Shown: positions 38,401 to 47,255 of the stretch, one piece after another
How the letters are laid out: each line of letters opens with the position of its first letter
Numbering within the stretch: position 1 is the stretch's first letter
NCBI GenBank assembly: GCA_964392315.1
Contig: CAYMOT010000001.1
Coordinates: 359,318 to 423,317 of the forward strand
Direction of reading: 5' to 3'
DNA from: an uncultured Candidatus Saccharibacteria bacterium
Lineage (GTDB): Bacteria; Patescibacteriota; 4484-211; JAGQKX01
DNA length: 64,000 bases
Notes under the pieces: model-generated
Told to the model about the DNA's origin: nothing
The model's input: only the letters and a program-made list of their open reading frames with translations
Databases searched by the model: none
Position numbers and translations under genes: made by a program

Positions 38401-40791
38401 ATTAGTTGGCCGTGTAAGCGATTCAACCGTCTTACTCACTGTATCATATCGATATTTTTTTACTACCTTTTTAGATACAAAATCGTAGTATTGCCCATCT
38501 TCTTTTTTTTCATAGTGCATTTCTTTGACGGTGATCGCGACATTCACGGGTGTATCGGGGTTCTTCCTATATGAGCTGCCAGCATTGTACGCTGCTACAT
38601 CTATCTCAGAAACGGTCGCGCTGGCTAGAAAGGAAGAATTATCTGGATAGGTAACAGTTGTTGAAACGTCGTATTCGGGACCGAACACAGTGATCGGCGC
38701 ACTCGCCTGAATTTCTGCCTCTTCGCTCAGTCGAGGTCTAATCTTCAGAATTTCTTCAGAAGGATAGTATGTACTGGCGTCATAAGTTGGGGTAAAAGGG
38801 AAAGAAAATGTACCACTCTTGTCTGCTTTTATATCGGTATTATTATACGTAAGTTCGAGGCCGGCCACCGGTGCTCCATTATAAAACTGAGCTTCACCGG
38901 TAAACTGTACTGTATCTCCCGCGAAAACACCTTTTCTGTCAGCTTGTAGCGATACGGTGTACGAAGGCTTCGTGTATGGTTTTATATGGATATACTGGGT
39001 ACGTATTCTTTGCTCACCAACAGTAAGTTCTACATAATAATAGCCGGGTGATACGTTTCGTAAGAGAAGGCTTCCTTCAAATGTTCCAAAAGGGCTAAAT
39101 GTTAGATCATTTTCTTGAAGAATAGCGGAATCCTGTGATCGTACGAGCCTGATATGTGCGTTTGTCGGCGAGTTTACTACATCACGATGCTTAAGTATTC
39201 CCCAGTAGTTAACAGTGTCGGATTGCTGATAAATCGGTTTGTCGACATATACATACGACCAATACTCTGAGTTCGTTGCCCAATACGTATGTATATCCTC
39301 AAAGGCACGGTTTTCGCCGTAGTAGGCTTGGTTAGAGGGTACTACCAGGGTTTGGCCTTCATGTTTAATGAGTAAATAGTGTAGTTTTGTAGTATCTGCT
39401 AGTAATACATTAGAGTCGAAGCTAAGGAGACCTTCACTATTGGTGCTTCCCACAGACGTGGTTGGAAGTACGGTTACCTGTGCTCCGCTGACTGGCTGTT
39501 GTGTATCGGTGGTATTAAGCCAGAGGTGTGATGTGTTTTTTGCTATTGTGTGATATGCCGTGAGAGTAGAAACCTGTATTAATACGGAACTCGTAAAATG
39601 TTCGTTTCGTGCAATTGCCAGATATTGGCCTTGTGGCAGTGGCTCGGGAAAGAGTACATATCCTTGATATTGTCCGTATTGAATGTCGCCGGTAAAAGAA
39701 GCAATTCTTTCAAGATCGGTGGTGTCTGGTTGATACACATCCCACTGCTTCGCGCTCCACGTTGGTATAGTGTCACGTCGTGTTATCTCTGCCAGGAATA
39801 GGTCTGTCGATGGGTATTTATATACTTCGACTTGGAGAGAAGTAGGACGGTCCTCACGGTAATAGTAGGAATACACACCGATTGCAGGTTCAGTGCCTGG
39901 TGCTATCTCAACTGATTGTTTGGAAAAATTAAAATAGTATTTGGAGTTGTCAGTATTTTCATCGTAATTCGATGTGGTTTCGAATCTGATTACCACATCT
40001 TCTCCGAGTTTTTCGTCACTTCCTCTAATGGGGAGGTCGCCTTTTATAGTAAATGTGTACACAGTATTCGGCTCAAGTTTTGCTGGGATAAAGACAGCGG
40101 TCTTCTGGTGTCGTTCAAATACAAGTTCAGTGGTAGGCGAGATGCTGACGTATGGTAACGGATCATTGAAGTTTTCATGACTAAAGGTCACTTCTATTCC
40201 TGAGTTTACGGGTACGTGCGTTGCCTGGTTTCGAGGAATGCTCGTTACTACCGAAAAACTGTTTTTTGTCTGGAATGCCCATTTATACGGAATGGTGTCG
40301 TCGACTCCGGCAACTACTCCCTGGGTTAACGAAAAAGTGTATACCGCGTTTTCCCTGAGGTGCTCCTGCGGTGCGACCAGTACCTCATACGGTGTTTTTT
40401 GTGTAATCTCCAGTGGTATTTCAGGTGATACAGAAAGCGATTGTTTAATCACCTCAAGTGGCAATTCCTTTTCGCTTGCTAACACAAACGTGGAGTCCAT
40501 TTCTACACCAATTGAATCACTATATTCAGCTTTCATTTCAATTTCACGGTTGGAAAGTAAGATTGGCTTTCCGTGTAATGTGACTAGCGGTGTTTCAGAT
40601 GCGGTGTTTTGCCTGTTCAAGGCATACGATAGGACGAGGACGCTGGTGAGTCCTACGATGATGAAAATGCCAAAGACCATGGGGGCGGGTAGTCTTTTAA
40701 CTTTTGTAATTATTTGTGTGAGTTTCTCGCGAAGCGGGGATCTTCTTGTTTCGGGTGTTGTAGGAGCAGGTTCGGGAAGTGTAGGATCCAT
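35419..40791 (-). CDS. membrane-anchored alpha-2-macroglobulin-family protein, thioester-less, interrupted by a mini-intein
   Basis: 1790 aa with an N-terminal cytoplasmic tail plus a TM anchor. Contains the A2M-domain signature ..VFVDTPFFGSV..GKGIAKFALPDNLTQWRL.. (compare RSDFRDTAFW...LPDSLTTWR). The thioester position reads ..LLPYGAPDP.. instead of PYGCGEQ. An in-frame Hint domain lies at aa 1036-1164. Confidence 0.7.
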   Translation of the reverse strand: MDPTLPEPAPTTPETRRSPLREKLTQIITKVKRLPAPMVFGIFIIVGLTSVLVLSYALNRQNTASETPLVTLHGKPILLSNREIEMKAEYSDSIGVEMDSTFVLASEKELPLEVIKQSLSVSPEIPLEITQKTPYEVLVAPQEHLRENAVYTFSLTQGVVAGVDDTIPYKWAFQTKNSFSVVTSIPRNQATHVPVNSGIEVTFSHENFNDPLPYVSISPTTELVFERHQKTAVFIPAKLEPNTVYTFTIKGDLPIRGSDEKLGEDVVIRFETTSNYDENTDNSKYYFNFSKQSVEIAPGTEPAIGVYSYYYREDRPTSLQVEVYKYPSTDLFLAEITRRDTIPTWSAKQWDVYQPDTTDLERIASFTGDIQYGQYQGYVLFPEPLPQGQYLAIARNEHFTSSVLIQVSTLTAYHTIAKNTSHLWLNTTDTQQPVSGAQVTVLPTTSVGSTNSEGLLSFDSNVLLADTTKLHYLLIKHEGQTLVVPSNQAYYGENRAFEDIHTYWATNSEYWSYVYVDKPIYQQSDTVNYWGILKHRDVVNSPTNAHIRLVRSQDSAILQENDLTFSPFGTFEGSLLLRNVSPGYYYVELTVGEQRIRTQYIHIKPYTKPSYTVSLQADRKGVFAGDTVQFTGEAQFYNGAPVAGLELTYNNTDIKADKSGTFSFPFTPTYDASTYYPSEEILKIRPRLSEEAEIQASAPITVFGPEYDVSTTVTYPDNSSFLASATVSEIDVAAYNAGSSYRKNPDTPVNVAITVKEMHYEKKEDGQYYDFVSKKVVKKYRYDTVSKTVESLTRPTNSAGIVEYSRTFIPDVWYEISFSVTDAQGRIDREATTAYNWSRYDTFYSQDGYSLHHKNQQGQQEGYTIGEDVTLAALKDGAPMTDTGTKKFLYIKAQRGIRDIRLSSSPEYSFTYSEKDLPNITIVVIYFDGTTYRVMDDSVRVNQESRTLSIDVKPQKSTYGPREEVVLDIQTKNAGGIGVPALVNFSVVDEAVFAVSEQYTQPVSDIYQTVDSGISFSYATHQYPLDRSAGEMGAACFTGDTPIAISPTQTKPIKDIQTGDTIFTFGASRENGLIEDTVTGVDVHTVSQILVINEHLKVTPEHVVFINNSWMPIGSAKIGDSLIDSNGKPVTITSIRKEYGTFTVYNLHIEKNHTFIANNIYVHNSKDGTRSVFVDTPFFGSVTTNNTGKGIAKFALPDNLTQWRLTYHGVTNDLLVGTGKSLVYTTKPVFVQPSMNNTYVIGDAPSISLRTFGSALTANDEIKYSVSIPSLGWDSPHEYTQKAFEQVLIQLPELTIGNHQLTVEARTEKGSDTVMRTFEVLHSRTYQKNITDIPITPDTRLENIQQPTTVTLANAQRNRYYAELNYLAWLQNERVDYALVRNLAREQLNAHFNANLPESPFTSGEYEQDGIALLPYGAPDPIVSARLAVVAADKFDRTALSAYFEGFRIRERSSYDELTSSLLGSAALNEPVLQEVYTALDNLDLSIDQRLQLVIGLAILGDFERGYTEYKDILEKHGEEATPYIRIISGDSQDTSITSTALAMIVGTILDDPRAEGMFQYITEYQSNDATTQLESLFYLMKKVPNLSTEPSRVTYVLDGTEYAIELANGAVHAFVVQPDQAPQVVFKDISGDVGATLEWASAFQQPNDTHITKIERAIFAGDSTKQDSKEIYEDNIVRVEIPYRIEDGNEGCYSVVDYLPSGLKAVSRSYRDYGYIPNDQIYPYRIDENAVYYCVPVTSTNRTASGTLIYYARVSSPGTYVFDGTVFQSDKVLSDRAIGKSTSILIKPR
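37300..37686 (-). other. mini-intein (129 aa, no endonuclease domain) inside the A2M-like gene
   Basis: Begins with Cys (..GAA|CFTGDTPIAI..; block A). Block B is ..KVTPEHVVF... Blocks F/G are ..VYNLHIEKNHTFIANNIYVHN|S.. (terminal His-Asn, Ser at +1). The flanking exteins join into a continuous A2M alignment. Coordinates were verified codon by codon. Confidence 0.65.
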
Positions 40792-40870
40792 CGCAACTAT
40801 GATATCACCGCTTAATCTCTGTATACAATAGGTGTCTGGTATATAATAGACAGGCTAGGAATGAGCTTGT

Positions 40871-40944
40871 TGCGGGATCGTCTAATGGCAGGACGCCTGA
40901 CTCTGGATCAGGTAATCTAGGTTCGAGCCCTAGTCCCGCAGCCA
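40871..40944 (+). tRNA. tRNA-Gln (anticodon CUG) with encoded CCA
   Basis: Manual cloverleaf: acceptor UGCGGGA/UCCCGCA (the U1-A72 pair typical of bacterial tRNA-Gln), U8, D-stem GUCU/GGAC, G18G19, anticodon stem CCUGA/UCAGG, loop CUCUGGA (U33, anticodon CUG 40903..40905, G37), T-arm CUAGG-UUCGAGC-CCUAG, discriminator G73, CCA. Confidence 0.85.
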
Positions 40945-40960
40945 GGCGTATAATCACTAC

Positions 40961-42517
40961 ATGAAAAATAATGGTTATCGTATTGTTAAGTACTCTCTCA
41001 TTGCCCTCGCGGTTGCCGGCCTTTTGGATTCACTGTATCTTACGTACGAGCATTTCAGCGGTACGATCCCTCCTTGTTCCGTAGGAGGACTGTTTGATAA
41101 TTGTGGTACCGTGCTTCGCAGCGAGTATGCTGAAATAATTGGAATACCAGTTGCGCTGTTTGGTGTTCTCCACTATTTCTTGTTAACTTCAATGTTGACT
41201 CTTGGTTATGCGTATGCACAGCAGTGGGCAATAAGATTTGCATTGGTGCTAACCATGATTGGTTTTTTGGGGTCTGGGTATTTTGTATACATCCAATTGT
41301 TTGTTCTCCGTGCGTTATGTCTCTACTGTATGATTTCTGCGATTATTTCTTTAGTGCTTCTAGTTTTGGTATGGGGCTTTGAGAGAAGGGCACGTACAGA
41401 ACTTTTCGCAGGTATCGTTGCTAATTTTTACACAAAAGTACTGAAGAGAATATTCTTTCTTTTAGATCCTGAATATATCCACACGAAAATGGTTACGCAG
41501 GGAGAATTGCTCGGGAGGTCTCCACTAAGAGGAGTCCTTGCGTGGGGTCTTGCGTACAGACCAACATCTTTGGCACAGGAATTAGCGGGAATTACATTTC
41601 TTGCCCCCGTTGGACTTGCCGCTGGGTTTGACTATAATGCACAGCTAACGCAGATATTGCCGAGTATTGGCTTTGGGTTTCATACGATTGGAACGATCAC
41701 CGCGCAAGCCTGTGAAGGGAACCCAAAACCTCGCTTAGGAAGACTGCCACGTTCACAATCACTAATGGTAAATAAAGGATTTCGTAATCCAGGAGTCGGT
41801 GCAATCGTACGTCGTTTGCAGCCCTACACATTCTCAATTCCAGTTGGCATTAGTATAGGACGAACAAATAGTGATGCACTCAATGACGTAGATGATGCTA
41901 TCGCCGATATATTGCAGGCATTCCGGACGATTGATGCGGGTTCACTTACACATGCATATTATGAATTGAACATCAGTTGTCCTAACCTAAAAGGAAGTGT
42001 CAGTTTTTACGAACCCGAATCTTTGCATAGGCTTTTATCTGCAATCAAGACAGTGCACCTCGAAAGACCCGTATTTGTAAAAATGCCAATAGAAAAATCT
42101 GACGATGAATTTTCGGCAATGCTTGAAGTAATTACTGCCTCTCAGGTGGTATCGGGAGTGATTATTGGGAATCTCCAGAAAAATCGGCAGGATGCTTCGT
42201 TTGATATCAACGAAGTATTGCGTTTCCCAAAGGGTAATTTCAGCGGCAAACCTACGTATATACGCTCGAATGAGTTGATCAAACTTACCTATCGACAATA
42301 TAAAGACACCTTGCCTATCATTGGATGTGGAGGGGTGTTTTCAGCGCAAGATGCGTATACAAAAATTACGTTGGGCGCCTCACTAGTTCAGCTTATTACT
42401 GGACTTGTGTACAGAGGACCGCAACTGGTAGCTCAGATTAATCTCGGGTTGGAAGCCCTGCTAAAGAAAAATGGTTATGAGCATATTGCTCAAGCAATAG
42501 GTTCAGCACATACGTAA
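40961..42517 (+). CDS. pyrD: VKOR-domain / dihydroorotate dehydrogenase (quinone, class 2) fusion protein
   Basis: The N-terminal ~150 aa has VKOR topology and motifs: loop Cys pair ..PPCSVGGLFDNCGTV.., ..GIPVALFGVLHY.. and a TM-embedded CxxC (CLYCMISA). The C-terminal ~360 aa is DHODH class 2: ..FLLDPEYIHT.., ..GLAAGFDYN.., ..NISCPN.. and ..IIGCGGV... Confidence 0.7.
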   Translation: MKNNGYRIVKYSLIALAVAGLLDSLYLTYEHFSGTIPPCSVGGLFDNCGTVLRSEYAEIIGIPVALFGVLHYFLLTSMLTLGYAYAQQWAIRFALVLTMIGFLGSGYFVYIQLFVLRALCLYCMISAIISLVLLVLVWGFERRARTELFAGIVANFYTKVLKRIFFLLDPEYIHTKMVTQGELLGRSPLRGVLAWGLAYRPTSLAQELAGITFLAPVGLAAGFDYNAQLTQILPSIGFGFHTIGTITAQACEGNPKPRLGRLPRSQSLMVNKGFRNPGVGAIVRRLQPYTFSIPVGISIGRTNSDALNDVDDAIADILQAFRTIDAGSLTHAYYELNISCPNLKGSVSFYEPESLHRLLSAIKTVHLERPVFVKMPIEKSDDEFSAMLEVITASQVVSGVIIGNLQKNRQDASFDINEVLRFPKGNFSGKPTYIRSNELIKLTYRQYKDTLPIIGCGGVFSAQDAYTKITLGASLVQLITGLVYRGPQLVAQINLGLEALLKKNGYEHIAQAIGSAHT

Positions 42518-42523
42518 AACACT

Positions 42524-43336
42524 ATGCTAGAAACAACTCAGCTCGTTTCGCATACTGACTTAATCGATTTAACAGGAAAAACTGCTATTGTAACCGGTGC
42601 GGTTGGCATTGGGTATGCGATTGCGTATCGTTTTGCAGAGGCAGGGGCAAATGTCGTCATTGCAAGCCTTATCAAAGAAGCAGCAGAAGAAACGGCGAAT
42701 AAACTAGTTGAACAGGGCTGGAAGGCAACAGCGGTGCAGACCGATGTGTCACAAGAAGATCAGGTGCAGGTTATGGTGCACGAAGCGGTTTATCTATATG
42801 GAAGTGTTGATATTTTAGTAAATAATGCCGGGATTTATCCTGCGGTACCGTTTTCTCAGATGACATTGGCTGATTTTAAAAAAGTGCTTGCGGTAAATTT
42901 GGAAGGAGTATTTCTTTGTACAAAGTACGTATCTGAGCAAATGATTTCACAACGCAAGGGAGGCAAGATAATCAACATTACTTCAATCGATGCACTGCAT
43001 CCATCATCGATTGGGCTTGCCCACTATGATGCATCCAAACATGGAGTGTGGGGCTTTACAAAAAACATAGCACTTGAGCTTGCCGCCCATAAAATTTGGG
43101 TGAACGCAATCGCACCAGGTGGTATCATTACCCCAGGTGTACAAAACGCCCAAGAAGGCGGAGCGGAAGGTGCAAATCAGCAGGAAGCCATAAAAACATT
43201 TCTTGCAAATATACCAATGAAGCGATTTGGAGAAGCAGATGAAATTGGTAAAGTCGCTCTGTTTTTGGCATCAGAAATGTCATCCTATATGACTGGTGCT
43301 CAGATTGTTGTTGACGGTGGTGTGTTACTGTCTTGA
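42524..43336 (+). CDS. SDR-family oxidoreductase (glucose-1-dehydrogenase-like)
   Basis: TGAVGIGYAIA, NNAG and catalytic YDASKHG. Confidence 0.85.
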   Translation: MLETTQLVSHTDLIDLTGKTAIVTGAVGIGYAIAYRFAEAGANVVIASLIKEAAEETANKLVEQGWKATAVQTDVSQEDQVQVMVHEAVYLYGSVDILVNNAGIYPAVPFSQMTLADFKKVLAVNLEGVFLCTKYVSEQMISQRKGGKIINITSIDALHPSSIGLAHYDASKHGVWGFTKNIALELAAHKIWVNAIAPGGIITPGVQNAQEGGAEGANQQEAIKTFLANIPMKRFGEADEIGKVALFLASEMSSYMTGAQIVVDGGVLLS

Positions 43337-43359
43337 TTCCCATCAAACCCGGTGACATA

Positions 43360-44772
43360 ATGATACTAATGTCCCTGACACCCTTAAACGTACAACCGCT
43401 TCCCGAACCTCTTCCTATCAAAAAAATAATCGGTCCAAGCTTTATCATTCTCGCCCTCGGGCTGGGGAGTGGTGAGGTTATTCTGTGGCCTTTTCTCAGT
43501 GCAAATTATGGACTTGGCATTATTTGGGGGGCCCTTCTTGGCCTGACGTTTCAATTTTTTATGAACATGGAGATTGAACGATATGCCCTTGCGCATGGGG
43601 AGAGTATATTCGTAGGACTTGCACGCAAACTGCCGTTTGTGCCATTTTGGTTTCTAATCTCAACATTTATTCCCTGGATGTGGCCGGGGATTATCGCGTC
43701 CTCAGCAAAATTTTTCTCAACAATAGTAGGAATTAACCAATCTCACTATGTAGCAATCGTGTTTTTGCTATTAATTGGTATGATACTTTCGCTGGGGCCG
43801 GTGCTTTATAAGACGGTAGAGAAACTACAAAAGACAATTATTATGATCGGTGTTCCATCTATATTTGTCATAAGCATTGTTCTTGCAAAGCCTGAAAATT
43901 GGATAACGCTTGGTAAAGGCGCAATAGGTATTGGTGAGGGTTTTATGTTTTTACCTGCAGGTATTGCTATCGCTTCGTTTTTGGGTGCGCTTGCATATGC
44001 AGGTGCTGGTGGCAACCTAAATTTGGCGCAGTCGTTTTATGTAAAAGAGAAGGGCTACGGTATGGGCAAATATGCGGGGCGTATTACCAGCCTTCTTACT
44101 GGCGCAAGTGAAAATATTTCACTCACTGGCACTCGGTTTGAGCCCACTCCTGATAACCTGCAGCGGTTTAAGATGTGGTGGAAAAATGTAAATATCGAAC
44201 ACTTTATCGTTTTTTGGTTAACCGGTTCTGTCACGATTTTGCTGCTGTCACTTCTTGCGTATTCTGCCGTGTTTGGTCAACCTGGGAATGAGCAAGGGGT
44301 CAGCTTTGTCATTCGAGAAGCACAGTTTATAGGCGAACGGCTCGTTCCACTGGTTGGAACTTTCTTCCTGGCGGTTGTGACGGTGACTCTTTTTGGCACT
44401 CAACTTGGGGTATTCGATGCAACCAGCCGTATTTTGTCGGAGAACGTGATTTTGAGTTCCTTTGGCAAACTCAAAGAGAAGAGTATCCGTCCACTCTATT
44501 ACATTGTATTATGGCTTCAGATTCTGGCAGGGATAGGGATTCTTTTATTGGGCTTTACTGAGCCACTTCAATTGGTTGTTACTGCCGCAGTATTAAATGC
44601 GGTTGCGATGTTTGTACACACGGGATTGACACTGTGGCTTAACATGACATCCCTACAAAAAGAAATACGTCCCTCACTTTTTAGGATTTGTGCAATGGTT
44701 CTCGCATTCCTGTTTTATGGAGGATTTAGCGTGTATGTACTGTACGATCGGTTTATTAAATTGTTAATCTAG
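43360..44772 (+). CDS. Nramp-like polytopic membrane transporter
   Basis: About 11-12 TM helices. TM1 reads ..GPSFIILALGLGSGEV.., a degenerate form of the Nramp DPGN region. The family assignment is tentative. Confidence 0.45.
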   Translation: MILMSLTPLNVQPLPEPLPIKKIIGPSFIILALGLGSGEVILWPFLSANYGLGIIWGALLGLTFQFFMNMEIERYALAHGESIFVGLARKLPFVPFWFLISTFIPWMWPGIIASSAKFFSTIVGINQSHYVAIVFLLLIGMILSLGPVLYKTVEKLQKTIIMIGVPSIFVISIVLAKPENWITLGKGAIGIGEGFMFLPAGIAIASFLGALAYAGAGGNLNLAQSFYVKEKGYGMGKYAGRITSLLTGASENISLTGTRFEPTPDNLQRFKMWWKNVNIEHFIVFWLTGSVTILLLSLLAYSAVFGQPGNEQGVSFVIREAQFIGERLVPLVGTFFLAVVTVTLFGTQLGVFDATSRILSENVILSSFGKLKEKSIRPLYYIVLWLQILAGIGILLLGFTEPLQLVVTAAVLNAVAMFVHTGLTLWLNMTSLQKEIRPSLFRICAMVLAFLFYGGFSVYVLYDRFIKLLI

Positions 44773-44788
44773 CGTACACTGATAACGT

Positions 44789-47251
44789 ATGGGGAAATCT
44801 GATGCATTCATTTTATGGTTTGACGAAATAGGAAGGGAAGACATCCCGCTTGTGGGTGGTAAAAATGCTAATCTCGGCGAAATGTATCAGAATTTGAGCC
44901 ATACCTCGAGTGAATTGTTCCCTGGAGAGAAGATTCAGGTACCGTATGGTTTTGCGGTTACCGCATATTCATATCGATATTTTGTCGAAAAAAACAGGCT
45001 GGACGATGATATCAGAAAAGCTCTGGAAGGACTCGATACTGCTGATATTAAGCAGCTCGAAGCGGTCGGACAGAGAGTACGCGAGCTTATCACGTCTGCA
45101 CCATTTCCATCAGAATTAGAAGAGGCGATAGGTACTGCATATCAAGAAATGGCGAACCGGCTCAATGTTCAAGCCGCGTCTACATTGGACGTTGCTGTTC
45201 GGTCTTCAGCAACAGCCGAAGACCTTCCTGATGCTTCATTCGCAGGTCAACAAGAATCTTATTTAAATATCCGTGGAGAATACGCACTACTCGAAGCCAT
45301 AAAGAAAGCATTTGCGTCTTTGTTTACCAATAGGGCAATATCCTATCGTGTTGATCAAAGCTTCGATCATTTTAAAGTCGCGCTATCTGTTGCTGTTCAA
45401 AAAATGGCTCGAAGTGATCGAGGGTCGAGTGGTGTTATGTTTACGTTGGATACTGAAAGTGGATTTCGCGATGTCGTATTGATCAATGGCTCATGGGGTT
45501 TGGGAGAGTACATTGTGAAGGGCATTGTCACCCCAGATGAGTTTATGGTTTTTAAACCAACGTTAACGAAAGGGTTTCGCTCAATTATTAGTAAGAAACT
45601 GGGGAGTAAAGAAAAGAAGCTCATCTATTCATCCGAAGGCACTTCTCCCACAAAAGAAGTTATCGTATCTCCTAACGAGCGTCATCTATACGTATTGAGC
45701 GACGAGCATATTTTACGATTAGCGCAATGGGGCGCTATGATTGAGGAACACTATCAGAAACCGATGGATATTGAGTGGGCGTATGATGCAGAAGAAGATG
45801 AATTGTATATTGTCCAGGCACGTCCGGAAACAGTACAGGCGCGGAAAGATAATACCGTGTTAGAAGAATATGTTCTTGAAGAAAAGAACGGAAAAATTCT
45901 TGCGCAAGGTGCCTCAGTTGGAAGGAAAATAGGTCAAGGGAAAGCGCACTTCATAAAAGATCCAAGTCAGTTGTCTGAATTCAAAGAAGGAGAAGTACTT
46001 CTGGCGGAAATAACAGATCCTGATTGGGAACCCATTATGAAGATCGCCAGTGCGATTGTGACTAATTCAGGAGGGCGGACAAGCCATGCTGCCATTGTCT
46101 CGAGAGAACTGGGGATTCCAGCAATAGTAGGGTGTGGGGACGCAACAAGTGTAATTCAAACCGGCCAAGAAATCACCGCCAGTTGTGCAGAAGGTGATAA
46201 AGGCAGAGTGTATGAAGGGTTGCTGCCGTTTAAGATAAACAAGACAGACTTAACTGGTTTCGAACTCCCTCAAACAAAAGTAAAAATGATTGTAGCTGAC
46301 CCAGAGTTAGTGTTTAATTACTCATTTATTCCAAACAAGGGTGTAGGTCTTGCACGCGAAGAATTCATTATTTCCAATTTCATCAAGATACACCCGAATG
46401 CACTTTTGGAGTATGACTCGCTTGAGGATGAGTCAGTTAAGAAACAAATTGACGAACTAACAGCAGGGTATCACAATAAAGTGGAATACTATGTTGATAA
46501 GCTTGCCTATGGGATTGCAATTATCGCAGCTGCTTTCTACCCCAATGAAGTTTTGTTGCGCTTCAGTGATTTTAAGTCAAATGAATACGCGGGGCTTATC
46601 GGTGGTAAATACTTTGAACCGCATGAAGAAAATCCCATGATCGGGTGGCGCGGTGCTAGTAGATACACAGATCCGAAATTTGTTCACGCATTTGCATTGG
46701 AATGCCAGGCAGTAAGAAAAGTGAGAAATGAACTCGGATTGTTTAATTTACAGGTTATGATTCCATTTTGCAGGACACCTGAAGAAGGGAAAGCAGTACT
46801 TGCAGAAATGGCAAAAAACGGCCTCGTACATAACAAGGAAAAAAATATGCTCAACCAGTTGGAACTTGATGAGAATCTTCATGTATGGGTCATGGCAGAA
46901 ATACCATCAAATATTCTCCAAGTAGAAGAATTCGCGGCAATTTTTGACGGGTTTTCCATTGGGTCAAATGACTTAACGCAACTTACGTTGGGGCTTGATC
47001 GCGACTCTAAACTGGTTGCACATATTGGTAACGAGAATAACACGTCTGTACATAGACTTATTTCTGACCTCATTCAAAAAGCACACGGATATGGTGTTGA
47101 TGTGGGTATCTGTGGGCAGGGACCGTCAGATTTTCCTGAATTGGCTGAGTTTTTGGTGCGCGAGGGCATAGACTCGATATCGCTTGCACCTGACACTGTC
47201 TTAAAAACAGCAATTCGTATTAAAGAGGTAGAGGATTCATTACACTCCTAA
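44789..47251 (+). CDS. ppsA: phosphoenolpyruvate synthase (pyruvate, water dikinase)
   Basis: N-terminal ATP-grasp region, the mobile His domain ..GGRTSHAAIVSRELGIPAIVG.., and a C-terminal PEP-utilising TIM barrel. 820 aa. Confidence 0.9.
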   Translation: MGKSDAFILWFDEIGREDIPLVGGKNANLGEMYQNLSHTSSELFPGEKIQVPYGFAVTAYSYRYFVEKNRLDDDIRKALEGLDTADIKQLEAVGQRVRELITSAPFPSELEEAIGTAYQEMANRLNVQAASTLDVAVRSSATAEDLPDASFAGQQESYLNIRGEYALLEAIKKAFASLFTNRAISYRVDQSFDHFKVALSVAVQKMARSDRGSSGVMFTLDTESGFRDVVLINGSWGLGEYIVKGIVTPDEFMVFKPTLTKGFRSIISKKLGSKEKKLIYSSEGTSPTKEVIVSPNERHLYVLSDEHILRLAQWGAMIEEHYQKPMDIEWAYDAEEDELYIVQARPETVQARKDNTVLEEYVLEEKNGKILAQGASVGRKIGQGKAHFIKDPSQLSEFKEGEVLLAEITDPDWEPIMKIASAIVTNSGGRTSHAAIVSRELGIPAIVGCGDATSVIQTGQEITASCAEGDKGRVYEGLLPFKINKTDLTGFELPQTKVKMIVADPELVFNYSFIPNKGVGLAREEFIISNFIKIHPNALLEYDSLEDESVKKQIDELTAGYHNKVEYYVDKLAYGIAIIAAAFYPNEVLLRFSDFKSNEYAGLIGGKYFEPHEENPMIGWRGASRYTDPKFVHAFALECQAVRKVRNELGLFNLQVMIPFCRTPEEGKAVLAEMAKNGLVHNKEKNMLNQLELDENLHVWVMAEIPSNILQVEEFAAIFDGFSIGSNDLTQLTLGLDRDSKLVAHIGNENNTSVHRLISDLIQKAHGYGVDVGICGQGPSDFPELAEFLVREGIDSISLAPDTVLKTAIRIKEVEDSLHS

Positions 47252-47255
47252 ATAG

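Noticed and set aside
40238-40831. 197-aa plus-strand ORF upstream of the tRNA
   Set aside because: It lies entirely antisense to the 5' end of the 1790-aa A2M-like gene, which has strong homology support, and has no recognisable features.
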